Assembly (NCBI GenBank): GCA_964016885.1
Contig: OZ024741.1
Coordinates: 150,908,001-150,972,000, forward strand
Reading direction: 5' to 3'
DNA: 64,000 nt
Source: Eledone cirrhosa
Taxonomy: Eukaryota
Shown: positions 38,720 to 53,042 of the stretch, piece by piece
Layout: every line of letters starts with the position of its first letter
Numbering within the stretch: position 1 is the stretch's first letter
Translations under genes and position numbers: made by a program
The notes under the pieces: generated by a model
Database searches by the model: none
What the model was told of the DNA's origin: nothing
Seen by the model: only the letters and a program-made list of their open reading frames with translations

Positions 38720-39705
38720 ACAATTTTATATACCTTATAAAATAACTACTGTAGGACTACAAAATACTTAATAAAAAAACAAAGGAAAGCTAATACAAAT
38801 AGCCCCGAAACATGAACAAAATAAAACACTCTTCTCGGTCTTCAAAGAAGCCAAAAAATTCAAATCAGAAACTGGACTAACACATAATTGTGAAGAAAAT
38901 AAAAGCAAAGAAAAAAACAACAATAGAAAGACATAAATTATAAATTGAAAACTGACATCCAGAATACCATGTTAAAATGATGGCAAGAGAAATCCTTACA
39001 TGGCCAATACCCCCCAAAAAGCTAAATTGAAAGGAAGTAGACAAAGAAAACACACAAAACTGGCTCCGAAGCACTGGGCTAAAGGTTGAGACGGAAGGAT
39101 TTCTAATTGCAGCGCTGGACGATAGTCTGCCCACCAGAAACTACCAGAAGTACATAATGAAACATAGCACTATAAGTAACTGTAGAATATGTGAAGATAG
39201 GGAAGAAACAATCAACAACATAGTCTCTGGATGCCCAGCACTAGCCAAAAAAGAAAATATCCACAGGCATGAGAGAGTTAGGACCTTCATACACTGGAAA
39301 TTATGCCAGGCCAACCGACGAGATATTATACTCAAAGACCACAAAGACAAAAAATGCCTTCTAATAGATGTATCTATCCCCACAGACGACAATATATCTT
39401 CCAAGGATATAGAGAAACTCTCCGAATATAACGATCTAGAGATAGAAATAACTCGAATGTGGAAAATGAAAACAAACAATACCTATAATAATAGGTGCTC
39501 TAGAAATGATAAAAATCTCACACAGACAAATACATAGCCCAAATCCCAGGCCTTACAAATATATACAGCATACAAAAGATAGCACTACTAGGCACTGCAC
39601 ACACATTACGAAAAGTACTATCAATAGAATAGAAAGAACATCAGCAAAAACTACACTGCTCGTACCCGAGTTGCACAGAGCTGTGCTTGGTAAAGCAGTA
39701 ATGAT
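38720..39705 (+). mobile_element. Degenerate R4/Dong-type RLE retrotransposon, family D
   Basis: GLKVETEGFLIAA, CRICEDREETINNIVSGC, RHE, IDVSIP..YNDLEIE and IQKIALLGTAHTLRK. Confidence 0.85.
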
Positions 39706-40834
39706 GCGCAACATATATATATATATATATTTATCCGTGTGTATATGAAATGTATATTTTGTACTTCTACAAATATATACATTCATAATTAAGTTGGGAA
39801 ACCACATGAGTGCAGTTTTATTTGGTAACGTCTGGAATGCATAAATATCCAAATGTATGTATATCAAGAAAACTTTTCACTTCAAATTAAATGATTTATA
39901 ATTCATTCTCACATTGCTGTGCACTACATGTACATCAGAAAAATGCTGTATACGCCATCTCTGCCAATATTTGCTAGTTATTATGGCCCTAGGATATCAT
40001 AGCTGCTTTAAATAGAAAACCTAGAAAGTTGTTTTTTAAATACCAGATGCAAAAACCTGTTCTTGCATAAATTTCATATTGCATGTTAAGTTTAGAAAAG
40101 CATTTTTGTTATCAATATTTTAAAACAATAATGGATCCGCCATCTGTGTTAACGATGAGTGTTCAGTAGTCCGATCAACTGAACGTCCAACTCTTGAATT
40201 AATGTGTAAGCGGTTGAATATTTCACAGACACGTTTACCCATAATAGAATCTTACATGCAGAATCAACATGAAACGATACATAACAAGGCTTCATCTTTG
40301 AATTACAAATACATTCCATCCAATATGCATCTACACAATTTCCGTTTATCCACGTTCATTGACAAGGCTTCGGTTGACACTAGGTTACAATAAAGACACT
40401 TGTCTAAGATCTCACGAATCGAATTTCTTAATCCCTCACCCTTCTCTACTCCAATGTAATGAACATATAAATATAGTATTTCATGAATAAAGTTCAGCGA
40501 TCACCAGATGCATGACAGTTTATTATTGATAAATTTCCCCCTCGTCTGTCGCCTTTGAGACAAATAAAGAAACAATTACTATTAGGATTATCATTATTAT
40601 TATTATCTTTATTGTTCATGACTTGAGAAATACATCAAGAGCTTTTTTTCCTTGAGACAAAAAATAGGTACATTTTGGAGAACATGCATAGAATTGTTTA
40701 AGGTTCACAAAAATGTTCAATGGCGAACAAACATGTTCAATGGACAACATGCATAGAAGTATGCGAGACTATTTAAGGTTAACAAATATCTTTAATGTTA
40801 ATAAAAGTGCTCAAAGTTAACAAATATTCTATAG

Positions 40835-41520
40835 AGTAGCCTAACAATGTTTACACGGTCATACTATTGCTATTTTCTAGAACGTGTCTATGTCTATCCT
40901 TATAGGAAACTTGTCAGTGTTTTTACAGACATTGTAATGTAGCATCCTAGTTATTCCAAATACAAATATGATACACCAATTCTTTAACTGCGACAATGTC
41001 ACAAATCGGACAGCTAACTCAGTCACATTCCTCTTACCGTCTCTAATGTAACAGCTATGTCTGTGTAATACCTTACGTTTGAAGCATACCTCTCTATATT
41101 ATTGCAATTCTTTGCTATTACTATGTTGATAAATTTTATACAATTGTCATTTGTGTCAGAAAATAATATCAAGCTTATTATGTACAATCTGGTGACTTGT
41201 TTGTATGCTAAAGTTACACAGTAGTTTAATATCGTCATCTAAGAGAGATGGATGTTCGTAAAAGTGCCACAGATCCTTTTCTTAAAGCAGTTGAACAGTG
41301 GCGGCTAGGCATATGTAGTTTAAATTAGATACGTTGTTGTGTCTCAAAATAAATTTTGTGTGAATTAATGTGAGACGTGCAGATACAGCGTAGTGTATTG
41401 TCTCAGAAAATATTTCATACAATTACATTTTTCACCTATATTGTAAGGGATGGCTATATATATCTCTTTCGATATATTTAATGGTGATGACATAGAGAGT
41501 TTCACTCAGGTCATATCTAT
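40835..41520 (-). mobile_element. Highly decayed RLE retrotransposon 3' end
   Basis: The minus strand reads KCNC..SETIHYAVSA..LRHNNV, EHPSLLDDDIKLLCNFSIQT..HNKLDII and YTDIAV. Confidence 0.6.
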
Positions 41521-41833
41521 CCCATTATATTGTAATATCTGTGGATATTCCTTTCAAATATCAAGTTGTGATGTCCAGTTCTTTTATCACCAATGTTGTC
41601 GCTTCTGTTGTCCCATTCAGGCCTTATTCGTATATCCAGACCATACACATATATATGGTAGATCCAGATCACCGAAATATTTACCATATAAAAGGTTACC
41701 TCTATGAACTTTGTTTTTGCTACAACACTAGGGGCAGACATTAGAGGTTCGAGGTTTCATGTAATTTATAGAGGACATTTTGTTGCTGCTGATATTAAAA
41801 ATCCTATGTACGTTCTGTACAGGACGAATACAA

Positions 41834-41954
41834 ACACACACACGCACACGCACACGCACAAGCACACACACACGCACACACGCACACACACACACGCACA
41901 CGCACAAACACACACACACACACGCACACGCACAAACACACACACACGCACACA

Positions 41955-42045
<91 letters not shown>
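41834..42045. repeat. (CA)n/(CACG)n microsatellite
   Basis: Direct reading. Confidence 0.95.
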
Positions 42046-42046
<1 letters not shown>

Positions 42047-42217
42047 GTGTCAGTTGATGAGTAATACTAGTTACTACATATGATACCCGTTTAAGCACAC
42101 AATATTTGAACCTGAATCAGATATTCTGTATTAAATGTGGGGATTAAAACGGACATCCACTTGTTGGCGTAAAGTGCAGAGTGTTTATTTAAAGAAAGAG
42201 GTATCGAAGATTAAACA

Positions 42218-42450
42218 TATATTTTTCATAATCACGCGTAAAACGTGTTTCGCAAATGACCAGATCTGAGGCATAGGCAGCTCCATAATAGTTGACCAAC
42301 ATACAGCACGACTCTGGATTTGATTTGTTCATCAGACGCAAATCAGTTCCAGAATGAAGCTGCATGTTACCGAAGTATTACGGTACTGCTTATGGCTCAG
42401 AGCTGGTCATTTGCGAAACACGTGTTTGGCGTGATTATGAAAAAAATATT
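42218..42450. mobile_element. Fold-back element with long-stem-II hammerhead (42236-42339, minus)
   Basis: GCGU-CUGAUGA-ACAAAU..AUUUGC-GAAA-CACGUU-UU-ACGC. The plus arm carries stem II onward with ACACGUGU. Confidence 0.75.
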
Positions 42451-43827
42451 TTGAATTGAATCTTTTCTCTCTCTACACACATAGATACATTCATTCATAC
42501 ATACATGCGTGCGCGCACGCACACATACACACATATATATATAAATACATATATATGTATATATATATATATATATGTGTGTGTGTATGTGTGTGTGCGT
42601 GTGTGTGTATGTGTGTGTCTATACAATTGTGAGTACAAAAGAAAGCAAAGAGCAATCAACACATGATGTGGAAGTTGATAATATCTATTTTAACTATTTG
42701 ACTTGACTTCGATTTACCAGGGTTTCAAGACGTAAACTGTATTTTTCGACCCAGAAAAGATGTTTCAACTCCCGTGAGTTGGGGCATATACCGACAGATT
42801 CATCAATTATTCAGTTCGATAAACAAATTAATATTTTTGTTAAAATCTTTTACCATTCTGAGAAGGGTTTGAAGTTGGGGCAAATTCACAATATATAATT
42901 TTATGTCGTCATGGAATAGAAGATGGGTGAGTCTTGTCCTTTATCTCTTCATGGCTTCCTTTTTAGCCAACTTAAAGATATTCCATCCAACCATTCATCC
43001 ATCCATCCATTCATCTATCCTTAAATAATAGATAGAATGCCACGATACATGCACGCAGTACATTGTTTAAAGTGGTTTGTGATAGGAGGGACATCCAATC
43101 GTAGAAAACCTGCCAGACAAAGGGCCAGGAGGACTCATCAGTTGTGCCACTGACATGAAAGGTTCCTTAGTGTTGCTGATACATACGATAAACTATCACT
43201 CACTACACTTCTGTAAAGTGGTTGGTGATAGGGAGGGTATCCAGTCGGAACAAAGGTCGGAAAGGCTATTCATTTATACCAAGGACATGTTATCTTCCTT
43301 AGTGTTGGTGCCACGACCAAATGCACGCCGTATGTGACGACATGGCCAACTCTTAATAGCAGGGGAAAACGGACGCTAAGCGATGATGGTGATGATAAAT
43401 ACAGAATATAATGAAGATAAGAAATAGTGTCACAATCGAAATATCTCAGTTGATATTCTTGTGAGACTGGATTTTATAGTGAAGGAGTTGTGGATGACTC
43501 TACAGACTCCCTTCCACCACTCCAAGGTTTTATTTTAATACAGTTCACCATGATCTAATCAAATTAATGTATTTTATTCTTTTATTCTTTCGATGATTTC
43601 AGAAGAGATGAAGTCGATCACCAGTACTTACGTTTGACACCAGTACTTACTTTTGAAGTTTGGTATTTATTTTATCGGTCTCTTTTTGTCGAACCGCTAT
43701 GTTACGGAACATAAACACAGATAAAAAAGTAAGCACACTCACACGCAAACGTATATACACACATATACACACGCAGACCCATACACACATACACACATAA
43801 TATATATGTTATATGTATATATATATA

Positions 43828-43887
<60 letters not shown>

Positions 43888-44644
43888 CCTGCAGTTTTAC
43901 TTTGCGAATTTCCCCACAATCAAAGGCTATGGTAGAAGAAACTTGTTCGAGTTGCTGCGCAGTGGCACTGGATACAAAACCACTGAATCCGAAACTTCTT
44001 AATCACACAAACATGCCAGTGCCTTTCAACATTCTTATTACCCAGTCAAGAGGAATGAAATCAAATAACTTTATGTAGCAGAGCCAAGTACATTACATTG
44101 TAGAGTTCTATTTCCGTAATTTAGCATAATGCAGTACTATCTTCTAAATAAAAAAAAATGAGTGATTTTTCCATTAGAACATAGATACAATCATCTTTTG
44201 CTCTAAGGAAATTTTATCGCCTATTTTTTGACTGGAGTGGATTGGTATGGTTAGGTGTAATAGTGGAATTAACGAGTTGAATATTAATTTGGAGATAAGC
44301 ACCGCGGAATATTAGTGTCCCACAAATAAGGAACTAGCTAGGCACTTTGTCTGAATTATTTATGAGGACACGGAAGAAGATAGTTGTTACCTAACTCTGC
44401 AGCTTGTCAAACGACAACCAGTTATAGTTTTAGATGTTGTGGATACTAGGTTTTTTCCAATCAACAAAGCTGATAATTTAAGTCTCAAATCAGATATAGT
44501 AATGCTTTGAGGTCGTGGTTCAATTTCTTTTGTTGTTGCGTATTCCTCTAGTCAGCTATAATGTGTTTTTTTTTTAAAATATGGTCACGTGGAATGTTGA
44601 ACATGCTATAACGCTAAGGTAGCGGTTTCAATCTGGGATAAACT

Positions 44645-44835
44645 TTTAGTGCGTAGAGCTTCGGGCAAATGCTTTGTGGTATTTAGTAACGATATTCTAC
44701 GTTCTGAGTTCAAATCCCACCAAGTTCAACGTTGCCTTTCACCCACATAGGTCAATAAAAGCATTGAGGGATATGTAATTGATTTACCACTCCCTTCAAA
44801 TCAATCTCTTTGGTACACTGTTAGAAATGATATTA
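44645..44835 (+). mobile_element. Diverged SINE (S1-related)
   Basis: GAGTTCAAATCCC B-box followed by TTGCCTTTCACCC..GGTCAATAAAA. Confidence 0.65.
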
Positions 44836-44871
44836 TACTCCGCTTCCTTTTCAACTGTCTCGACTGTTTCA

Positions 44872-45007
44872 TTATTCAGTATCATATCAACTTTATCTTG
44901 AGTATTGTACTGAGTCTAATATCAACTTTCACCTTAAATATTGTATTTAGTATCATATCTACTTCTGTCTTGAATATTGCACTCGGTATATTATCAACTT
45001 TTATCCT
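44872..45007. repeat. Degenerate ~36-bp minisatellite, about 4 units
   Basis: Recurring TATCAACTTT..CTTGA.TATTG.AC. Confidence 0.7.
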
Positions 45008-45728
45008 GCTACAAAGTATCGTTCTATAGAATACCTACAGGTAGTTTTCAAGATCGTGGGTTTGAAACTATAATTTTTTTTTTTTGCCATTTTAATCTAT
45101 TATTATGGGTATTCAGTTTAGAATAGATACACCCAATTCCTGCGCATCGTATGAAGCGACTAAAAGATTTGTTGTTAGGAAGAGCATCTGTCTATAAAAC
45201 ATTGCCTCAAACTGACCCTCGATGAATATGATTTAGCAGGGGAAAATGTATTGTTATATTTGAAGCGAATATTTTTGCTGTAAGTGCAGAGGAGTGTGTG
45301 ATGGTGTCTGTTCATTATTTATGTTTTATTTAATCATCACATTCTACGTACATACATTTGTCAATTTTTCTCAAAGGATCATATACAGTATGCTGGTTTG
45401 CTTTCTTTTTCTGGCTACGTAGAATATCTATTGAATACATATATAGCTATCAATTCTATGTTGGCACCTTCTGTCGTTCGTAACGACATATTATATATTT
45501 CACCTTGCTTACTCCATTGCTGTGAGGATGCAAGCGTATGGGGAATTATCTAACCGTATGTGATAGGCTTGTGATTTATCACCCCACTTTATTGATTGCT
45601 GATAACATCTCGTAATCTGAGTTGGTTTTTGAGAGATGGTCTCTTAAATGAAGTTTACAACTCATAGAAGTCACGTCAACTTCTCGTAGTTTAGCAAGCT
45701 GTTGATACATGTATAACTTGACTTCTAC

Positions 45729-45850
45729 TTGTTCAATTGCTATGGTAAATCGTTCAGCTGCTATGTTACATTGTTCAATTGCAAAGGTGAATTGTTCGAT
45801 TGCTATATGTTGTTCAGTTGCTATGGTAATATGTTCAATTGCTAAGGTAT
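45729..45850. repeat. 21-bp minisatellite, about 6 units
   Basis: TGTTCAATTGCTA.GGT.AAT repeats. Confidence 0.85.
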
Positions 45851-46712
45851 AACTCCCCATTAAAACAAAGAAAACTATACAATATCACGAACGAATACAT
45901 ATAATGTATGAAAAAAGATGAAAAGAAACAAAGAGATGTAACTTTAAAAAAACAACAAAAACAATGTAGAGAAATCAGATCAGGAAACCTCTACGTCATG
46001 AATCCCCAAACATCTTTGACCATCACACCCTTTCATGGAATCCTTGATCATCGACCTCGGCCATGTAACAAATAAATAAATTAAAAAATCAGTAAACTGT
46101 ATGTTAAGTAAACGGGCAATAAAGATGAATTATATATTAATCAGAAACCTGTATAAGCAAGTTTTATTTTATTGTATTATATTATGTATTTTCATTTATT
46201 ATACAAATCTCAGGTTTTGGGATCCGAAGTTCAATCGACCACTTGGGCAGTCCTATCGACACCAGGGTCTCAGCTGTTGCCTGATCTACTAGAAATATTA
46301 TATACATATCACATATCAAATTACAATCTGCTATACTGTCAGTCTAAGAAAAAAGGAACTGGTTGGTCACATCGGGAATGTCTTTAATCATAGAGAGTTC
46401 TACTGCAGAAGAGCTGACTTCAACTAAACAACAGCGAAAACTACAATAAGGTGAATAAGTTGTTAGAATTATGAAGAAAGATATTGAAGCTTTTCATTAA
46501 TTGCCTAAATTAATGTTAGCTGCATTATTTTATAACTATTACTCTGATATTCAATGTACTAATCATTGGTTTCACTCATGGGGAGGTTCTAGCATCAGTT
46601 GATTAATTAACGAATAAGACATAGAATTCAGATGAACTAACTTTCATTATGGCATATATTTTAAATGTCGATCGATAGACATGAATAAGACATGTAAGCA
46701 AACTGTGAGTTC

Positions 46713-46961
<249 letters not shown>

Positions 46962-47039
46962 AATATATATACACACGCACATATATATATATATATATAG
47001 TAATAATAATAAATTTGAAGAAGACTAAAATCAAAAGAG

Positions 47040-47215
47040 GGCTCGATAAGGATAAATATATATCAAATATATAAGAACCGTAGAGCAATTATTTTTAAAA
47101 GTAACAGATTAAAGTTTAAGCAAAGAATCGCTGCTTTTACCCTTAACGGGATCTTCTGAAAACTGTTATGGGTGAAAGCAGCGATTCTTTGCTTAAACTT
47201 TAATCTGTTATTTTA

Positions 47216-47220
<5 letters not shown>
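47040..47220. mobile_element. Fold-back copy of the CAGAAGA-hammerhead family
   Basis: Palindrome at 47096-47216. 47041-47087 matches 31361-31407 in reverse. Confidence 0.75.
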
Positions 47221-47273
<53 letters not shown>

Positions 47274-47313
47274 ATGTAAAAAAGAAAATTTCGTTCTACA
47301 TGGCTGAATACAA

Positions 47314-47590
47314 TAAATGTAATCTGAATTTTCGAATATTAATAACATTCGATTCGTTTGCAATTATGCAAACAAGCCTTAATTTTATAGCCATATTTTC
47401 ACTACCTCTGATAGTTTGGCAGGTGAACAGTGAGCTGTACTGATGAAGGGTGATACTCAGAAAATTAGTGTCTGCAGTTCTGTTCGCATGCCAACATTTT
47501 ACTGGCATGGCTATAATTGAGGCTTGTTTGCATAATTGCAAACGAATCGAATGTTATTATTAATATTCGAAAAACTCAGATTATGTATAT
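47314..47590. mobile_element. Fold-back element with central hammerhead motif (47435-47477, plus)
   Basis: ~80-bp inverted arms. CUGUA-CUGAUGA-A-GGGU-GAU-ACUC-A-GAAA-AUUAGUG-UC-UGCAG, with an imperfect stem III. Confidence 0.7.
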
Positions 47591-48065
47591 ATGGAATATT
47601 TAAGTATTGTGAGAGAGGAGAAGAGGAGGTTTAAAGGGATAAGCGATACATATAGTTAGTTGCCAAAAGGTTGTGCATTTGTGCTCAATACTTGTGCCTA
47701 CAGGGTTAAATATTGGAAGCGTTAATATTTAGCGGCCGAGAAGATAAGCAGAGCGGTTACAAATGAAAGGATTACAAAGGAGAATATATACTGTCAGAAC
47801 ATGTTTATATAAAAGCATCTACGTACGTTTCGCCCGAAAAGGACTTCTCAAGGACATAGAAAACTACAGAGTATTCAGTATAGGACCCAGAAGGGGTTTT
47901 AAAGTGATGTATGTATCACTTTAAAACCCCTTCTGGGTCCTGTACTGAACACTATGTAGTTTTCTATGCCCTTGAGAAGCCCTTTTCGGGCGAAACGTAC
48001 GTAGGTGCTTTTATATAAACATGTTCTGACAGTATATATTCTCCTTTGTAATCCTTTCATTTGTA
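47590..48065. mobile_element. Fold-back element (~305-bp palindrome 47759-48064) with variant hammerheads in both arms
   Basis: UGCC-C-UUGAGAA-GCCC-UUUUC-GGGC-GAAA-CGUACG-UA-GGUG at 47967-48007, with a mirror copy at 47816-47856. Confidence 0.75.
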
Positions 48066-48087
48066 TATATATATATATATATATATA

Positions 48088-51000
48088 AGGGATAACAAAA
48101 TATCGCTATAGGTAATCCAGTTAGAGGTTGTGAATACTTATTATTATGGATAGTTTTAGCTAAAAGTAATGTATCATCTCTATTAATTCCTCCTTGTAAG
48201 TTATCAAATTCCTTATGTAAGATATGTGCTATATATATTCCGACAATGTCCGTAACTTGGGCTGAATCATTTGATCGCATAGTTATATCGAAGTTATTTT
48301 GTCTATTTTTTCTTTCCCAGTAACTACTGTCGAATCTAATGATTGTTCTAGCAGCTAGTATTATTTTAATTTCCTCTGGTGACAGGTCAGAGTATTTTTG
48401 TGCAAAGGATAGTGCCTTATTTAGGGTTACTGGCGAAATGGAAGAGTAGTAGTCATTAATGTCATATTGTATGAAGTCGGAAGATTCTCTATTGTCTAAT
48501 TTATTAAACCAATCTATTGCTTCATTAGTGTTACCCCAGAACTTGATTATTAGTTTTTCTTTAATTTGTGGTATTCTAATTTTGCCTATATCTGATTTTG
48601 ATGGACATATTAATCTAATAGTAGGGTCAGTTTCGAAGTTACATTTATGATCCTTTAGATTAAAAAAATGGTTTACAAGGGGCTAGAGGTTCGGTTCTAT
48701 CAGATATTTTAAGTTTATTTTTACTATGTTAAGCCCTTCCTTGTTAATGTTATTGAGTGTAGACTCTGTATTTTTTTTGTATTTTTTATGTAATTCCCGG
48801 CGTATAAAGTTGTTGTATGTATTAAGGCTCATGGTATATACGTTTGATGTTTTGTCTGCCTTTACTATAATATCGTTGGTGTTACGCAATTTTTTTAGTA
48901 GTGCATTGATGTTATTTTGTAGCTTGTTATGATGTGATCGTTTTTTGAATTTAGTTTCCTTTATCATGTTCATGAGGTCAAGTTCAAAGGCATCAAGTTG
49001 TGGGTTGTTCGGTGGATTTTTACAGGATCTAAACCCATATTTCTCACTGGTAGACCCATCATTTCTATCATTATTATTATGTTCTTTATCGTAATGATAT
49101 GATTTCCATCTGATTCCTCGGATAAAGTAATTAGTACTTTGTATCATACCGAGCGTATATTCCTTATTTGTAGGTATAGGTATATTTTTTAAGGACATTC
49201 CTATGTAGTGTCTTTCCATGTTAGTGCCGTGCGTTAAATTATTTGCTCAACCTAATGGGGGCTTGGTACAAGGATAACAAAATATCGTTATAGGTAATCC
49301 AGTTAGAGGTTGTGAATAATTCTTATTATGGATAGTTTTAGCGTACCGCGTTGTTTGACTCAACAAAAGGTTTACGTAGGTGGCGAGTTTATGATTTCAC
49401 TTGTATTCCTATGTAGGTTTATCTTGGAGTAATAACATTGAAAAAGTGAAGAATAACATGGTCAACAGTACAAAAAAGGGATTTATTTACAGTCTAACAA
49501 TTGTTTCACTGATTAAGTTGTCTAAAAATTGCTGAACACTAGAAGCAGTGCCACTCAATTTTAAATATGATGTTAGCTGAATCAGACCATCAGAGACAAT
49601 TAGGATATCCGTTGGATTTATAAATTCAAATTACAGCATCATTAATAATATTAATAATAAAGATAGAGAGAGAATATAGATAGATAAACGAAAGAAAGAA
49701 AAATGGAAAAAGAAAAAGAAAAAGGAGAAAGGAAAACAGAGAGAGATATATAAAGAGAAAAAGACATAGAGAAAAAGACATAGAGAAAGAAGGATAGAAA
49801 GAGGAGAGAAAAATGGATGAAGGAGAAATAAAGGTAGAGAAAAATAAAAATAGAGGGAAAATAATGATAACAACAATAAATGAATTAATGTTAATACATG
49901 AATAAATATAACTATATAGGTTCCACACTGGGGAGTTTAAGAAAAGGTGGTATGTCCATAGACACTCTATGAATAACAGGAAGCTCATAAATACAACACT
50001 CGCCAATAAAATCTGGCAAATCAGAGATGCAAACATAGAATATAAAATCAGCTGGACGAAGCTATCATCAGCAATAGCCTATGGGATTGGCATGTCCCAC
50101 TGTGGTCTTTGTAATATGGAGCTTTTCCAAATTTTAAAATTCAACAAAATGCTACTTAACAGTAAAATCGAAAGAACTATTTTCTGTAGGCATAAAACAG
50201 CGACCAAATTTGAGAACTTTAGACCAGCCTAGTTCATCCAATCTATTCCATAGCCCAAATTGTACCACTTAGATCTATCATAATATCTAATAATTGTTTC
50301 TACTTTTGGCACAAGGCCAGCAATTATCCCTGTGTATTACTGGTACTTTATTTTATCGAACCCTTAAGGATGAAAGGCAAAGTTAACCTCGGCGGGTTTT
50401 GAACTCAGTCCGTAAAGGGACGTAGCTGTGCTGCAAAGCATGGCGTCCGACCCTCTATCGATACTGCCAATCCACCGCCCTGATAATAGGATATTATAAT
50501 ATCTAATAATATCCTATTATCATCATTGTTATTATAATTGCCATCATCTATCAATGAACCAACATCATAACCTCTTATATTTTACATTCATTTTTTTACA
50601 TATCTCTATCTTTCTATTTTTCTCCCTAAATTTATTTCATCTCTGGCATTTTATCTTATTTTATCTTATTCTATCTTATCATATCATTGTCACTTCTAAT
50701 ATAACTTGCAACTAATTAATCAAATAATTAATTAATTATATAATTAATTTATCAAAATAACCAATACCCTCATAAATATATTTAACATTATCATGTTTAT
50801 ACCTTCGTATCTCTCTATATTTTAACCACTCTCATTAACGACTTTCAATAATCTTAATGTTTAAATTTCATCGCACATTTTTACTTATTTTATATTATTT
50901 TGTATCATCCTCGATGTAACTTGCTTATTTATTTACATTTATTCATGTATTAACATTAATTCATTTATTGTTGTTATCATTATTTTCCCTCTATTTTTCT

Positions 51001-51394
51001 TTTTCTCTACCTTTATTTCTCCTTTCTCCTTTTTCTCTCCCCTTTCTATCCTTCTTTCTCTATGTCTTTTTCTCTCTCTATATCTCTCTCTCTTTTCCTT
51101 TCTCCTTTTTCTTTTTCTTTTTCTTTTTCCCTTATCTTTCTTTCGTTTATCTATCTCTATTTCTCTCTCTATCTTTATTATTAATATTATTAATGATGCT
51201 GTAATTTGAATTTATAAATCCAACGGATATCCTAATTGTCTCTGATGATCTGATTAGGCTAACATCGTTTTAAAATTGAGTGGCACTGCTTCTCGTGTTC
51301 AGCAATTTTTAGACAACTTAATCAGTGAAAAAAATGTTAGACTGTAAATAAATCCCTTTTTTGTACTGTCGACCATGTTATTCTTCACTTTTTC

Positions 51395-51399
<5 letters not shown>
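48088..51399. mobile_element. Rearranged head-to-head Hydra-like PLE insertion in (TA)n
   Basis: Minus arm: pLTR 49271-49915, ORF N-terminus and RT 49219-48160 (SLKNIPIP, SNDSAQVTD, GGINRDD), then a jump to the last ~72 bp of the pLTR. Plus arm: GIY-YIG end 49915-50232 and pLTR 50936-51399. Hammerheads at 49492-49597 (-) and 51238-51342 (+). Confidence 0.88.
50289..50480 (-). mobile_element. SINE S1 nested in the PLE 3' region
   Basis: Homology to 22898-23084. Confidence 0.88.
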
Positions 51400-51448
<49 letters not shown>

Positions 51449-51478
51449 TAATGTATATATATATATATGTATATATAC

Positions 51479-51555
<77 letters not shown>

Positions 51556-51556
<1 letters not shown>

Positions 51557-51880
51557 CTGATGGTAGCTAAGATGCTTCCATAGGCAGTATGCCGGTTGAG
51601 CACTCTATGCTCTTACAGAGGAGAGTATGATAGAATAGAAAACAATAAATCAGTGATGCACCTGAACTCAATTTATAGTGTGTTACAATTGTTTCGCCGG
51701 AAGACAGCTCGAGAATATACTCCGAAACCATTAGACGTGATTGTCGAACCAGCGGGTCCAGAATCATACAGATCCACACAATGATTGCGTCTCGAGCTGT
51801 GCGCCCGCGAAACAATTGTAACACACTGTAAATTGAGTTCAGATGCATCACTCATTTTTCGTTTTCTATTCTATATAATG
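51556..51880. mobile_element. Fold-back element with hammerhead 3' halves (GAAA-CAAUUG-UA-ACAC)
   Basis: ~85-bp inverted arms at 51630-51714 and 51790-51874. Microsatellite flanks. Confidence 0.65.
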
Positions 51881-52405
<525 letters not shown>

Positions 52406-52431
52406 TATATATATATGTATGTATATGAATG

Positions 52432-52514
<83 letters not shown>

Positions 52515-52551
52515 GTGTGTGTGTGTGTGTGTATGTATATGTAATTATATA

Positions 52552-53042
52552 TACGCACGGGGGCGACAGAGAAGTTTTGAGACTCCATGGAACGGTAGTA
52601 TATACAAATGTTTTCTTGTTTTATTTTTCAACCTTTTCTGCCTTTCACTCCATACTCTTCTGCCACCGATGCTGAAGTGCCTGGATCTTGCTGAAGTAGT
52701 ACTCTTTAGTTTGGTCCTCTAGGTAGATGTCCACAGTATCTATGTCGTCATCATCTGTGGCATAGTGTTGTCCGGTCATATCCTTTTTCATGTTTGGGAA
52801 CAGGTGGAAGTTGGAGTGTCCGAGGTCAGGTGGGTATGGTGGATGAGGTAAGAGTTGAAATCCAGTCACATATTGTTGCCATTGCCACCACCGAGGTAAG
52901 GGCAGGAACATTGTCATGGTGTAACAAGATTCCTTTTGTCAGCAATACTGGCCTCTTTTTTATGTTTTCGCGGAGACGTTTAAGCAAGTCGGTGTAGTAC
53001 TGTCCGGTGATGGTGTGGCCCTTTTAGAGATAATCCACCATA
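52552..53042 (-). mobile_element. Mariner transposase C-terminal remnant
   Basis: DYL*KGHTITGQYY, GILLHHDNVP and HPPYPPDLGHSNFHLFPNMK (HDNA and YSPDLAP motifs). Confidence 0.85.

Noticed and set aside
45579-45860. 93-aa ORF with heptad repeats
   Set aside because: Explained by a 21-bp minisatellite, with no recognisable domain or splice support.
51553-51825. GTGT-CTGATGG as the 5' half for GAAA-CAATTG-TA-ACAC 250 nt downstream
   Set aside because: GTGT derives from the (GT)n tract, the core is imperfect and no stem II closes.
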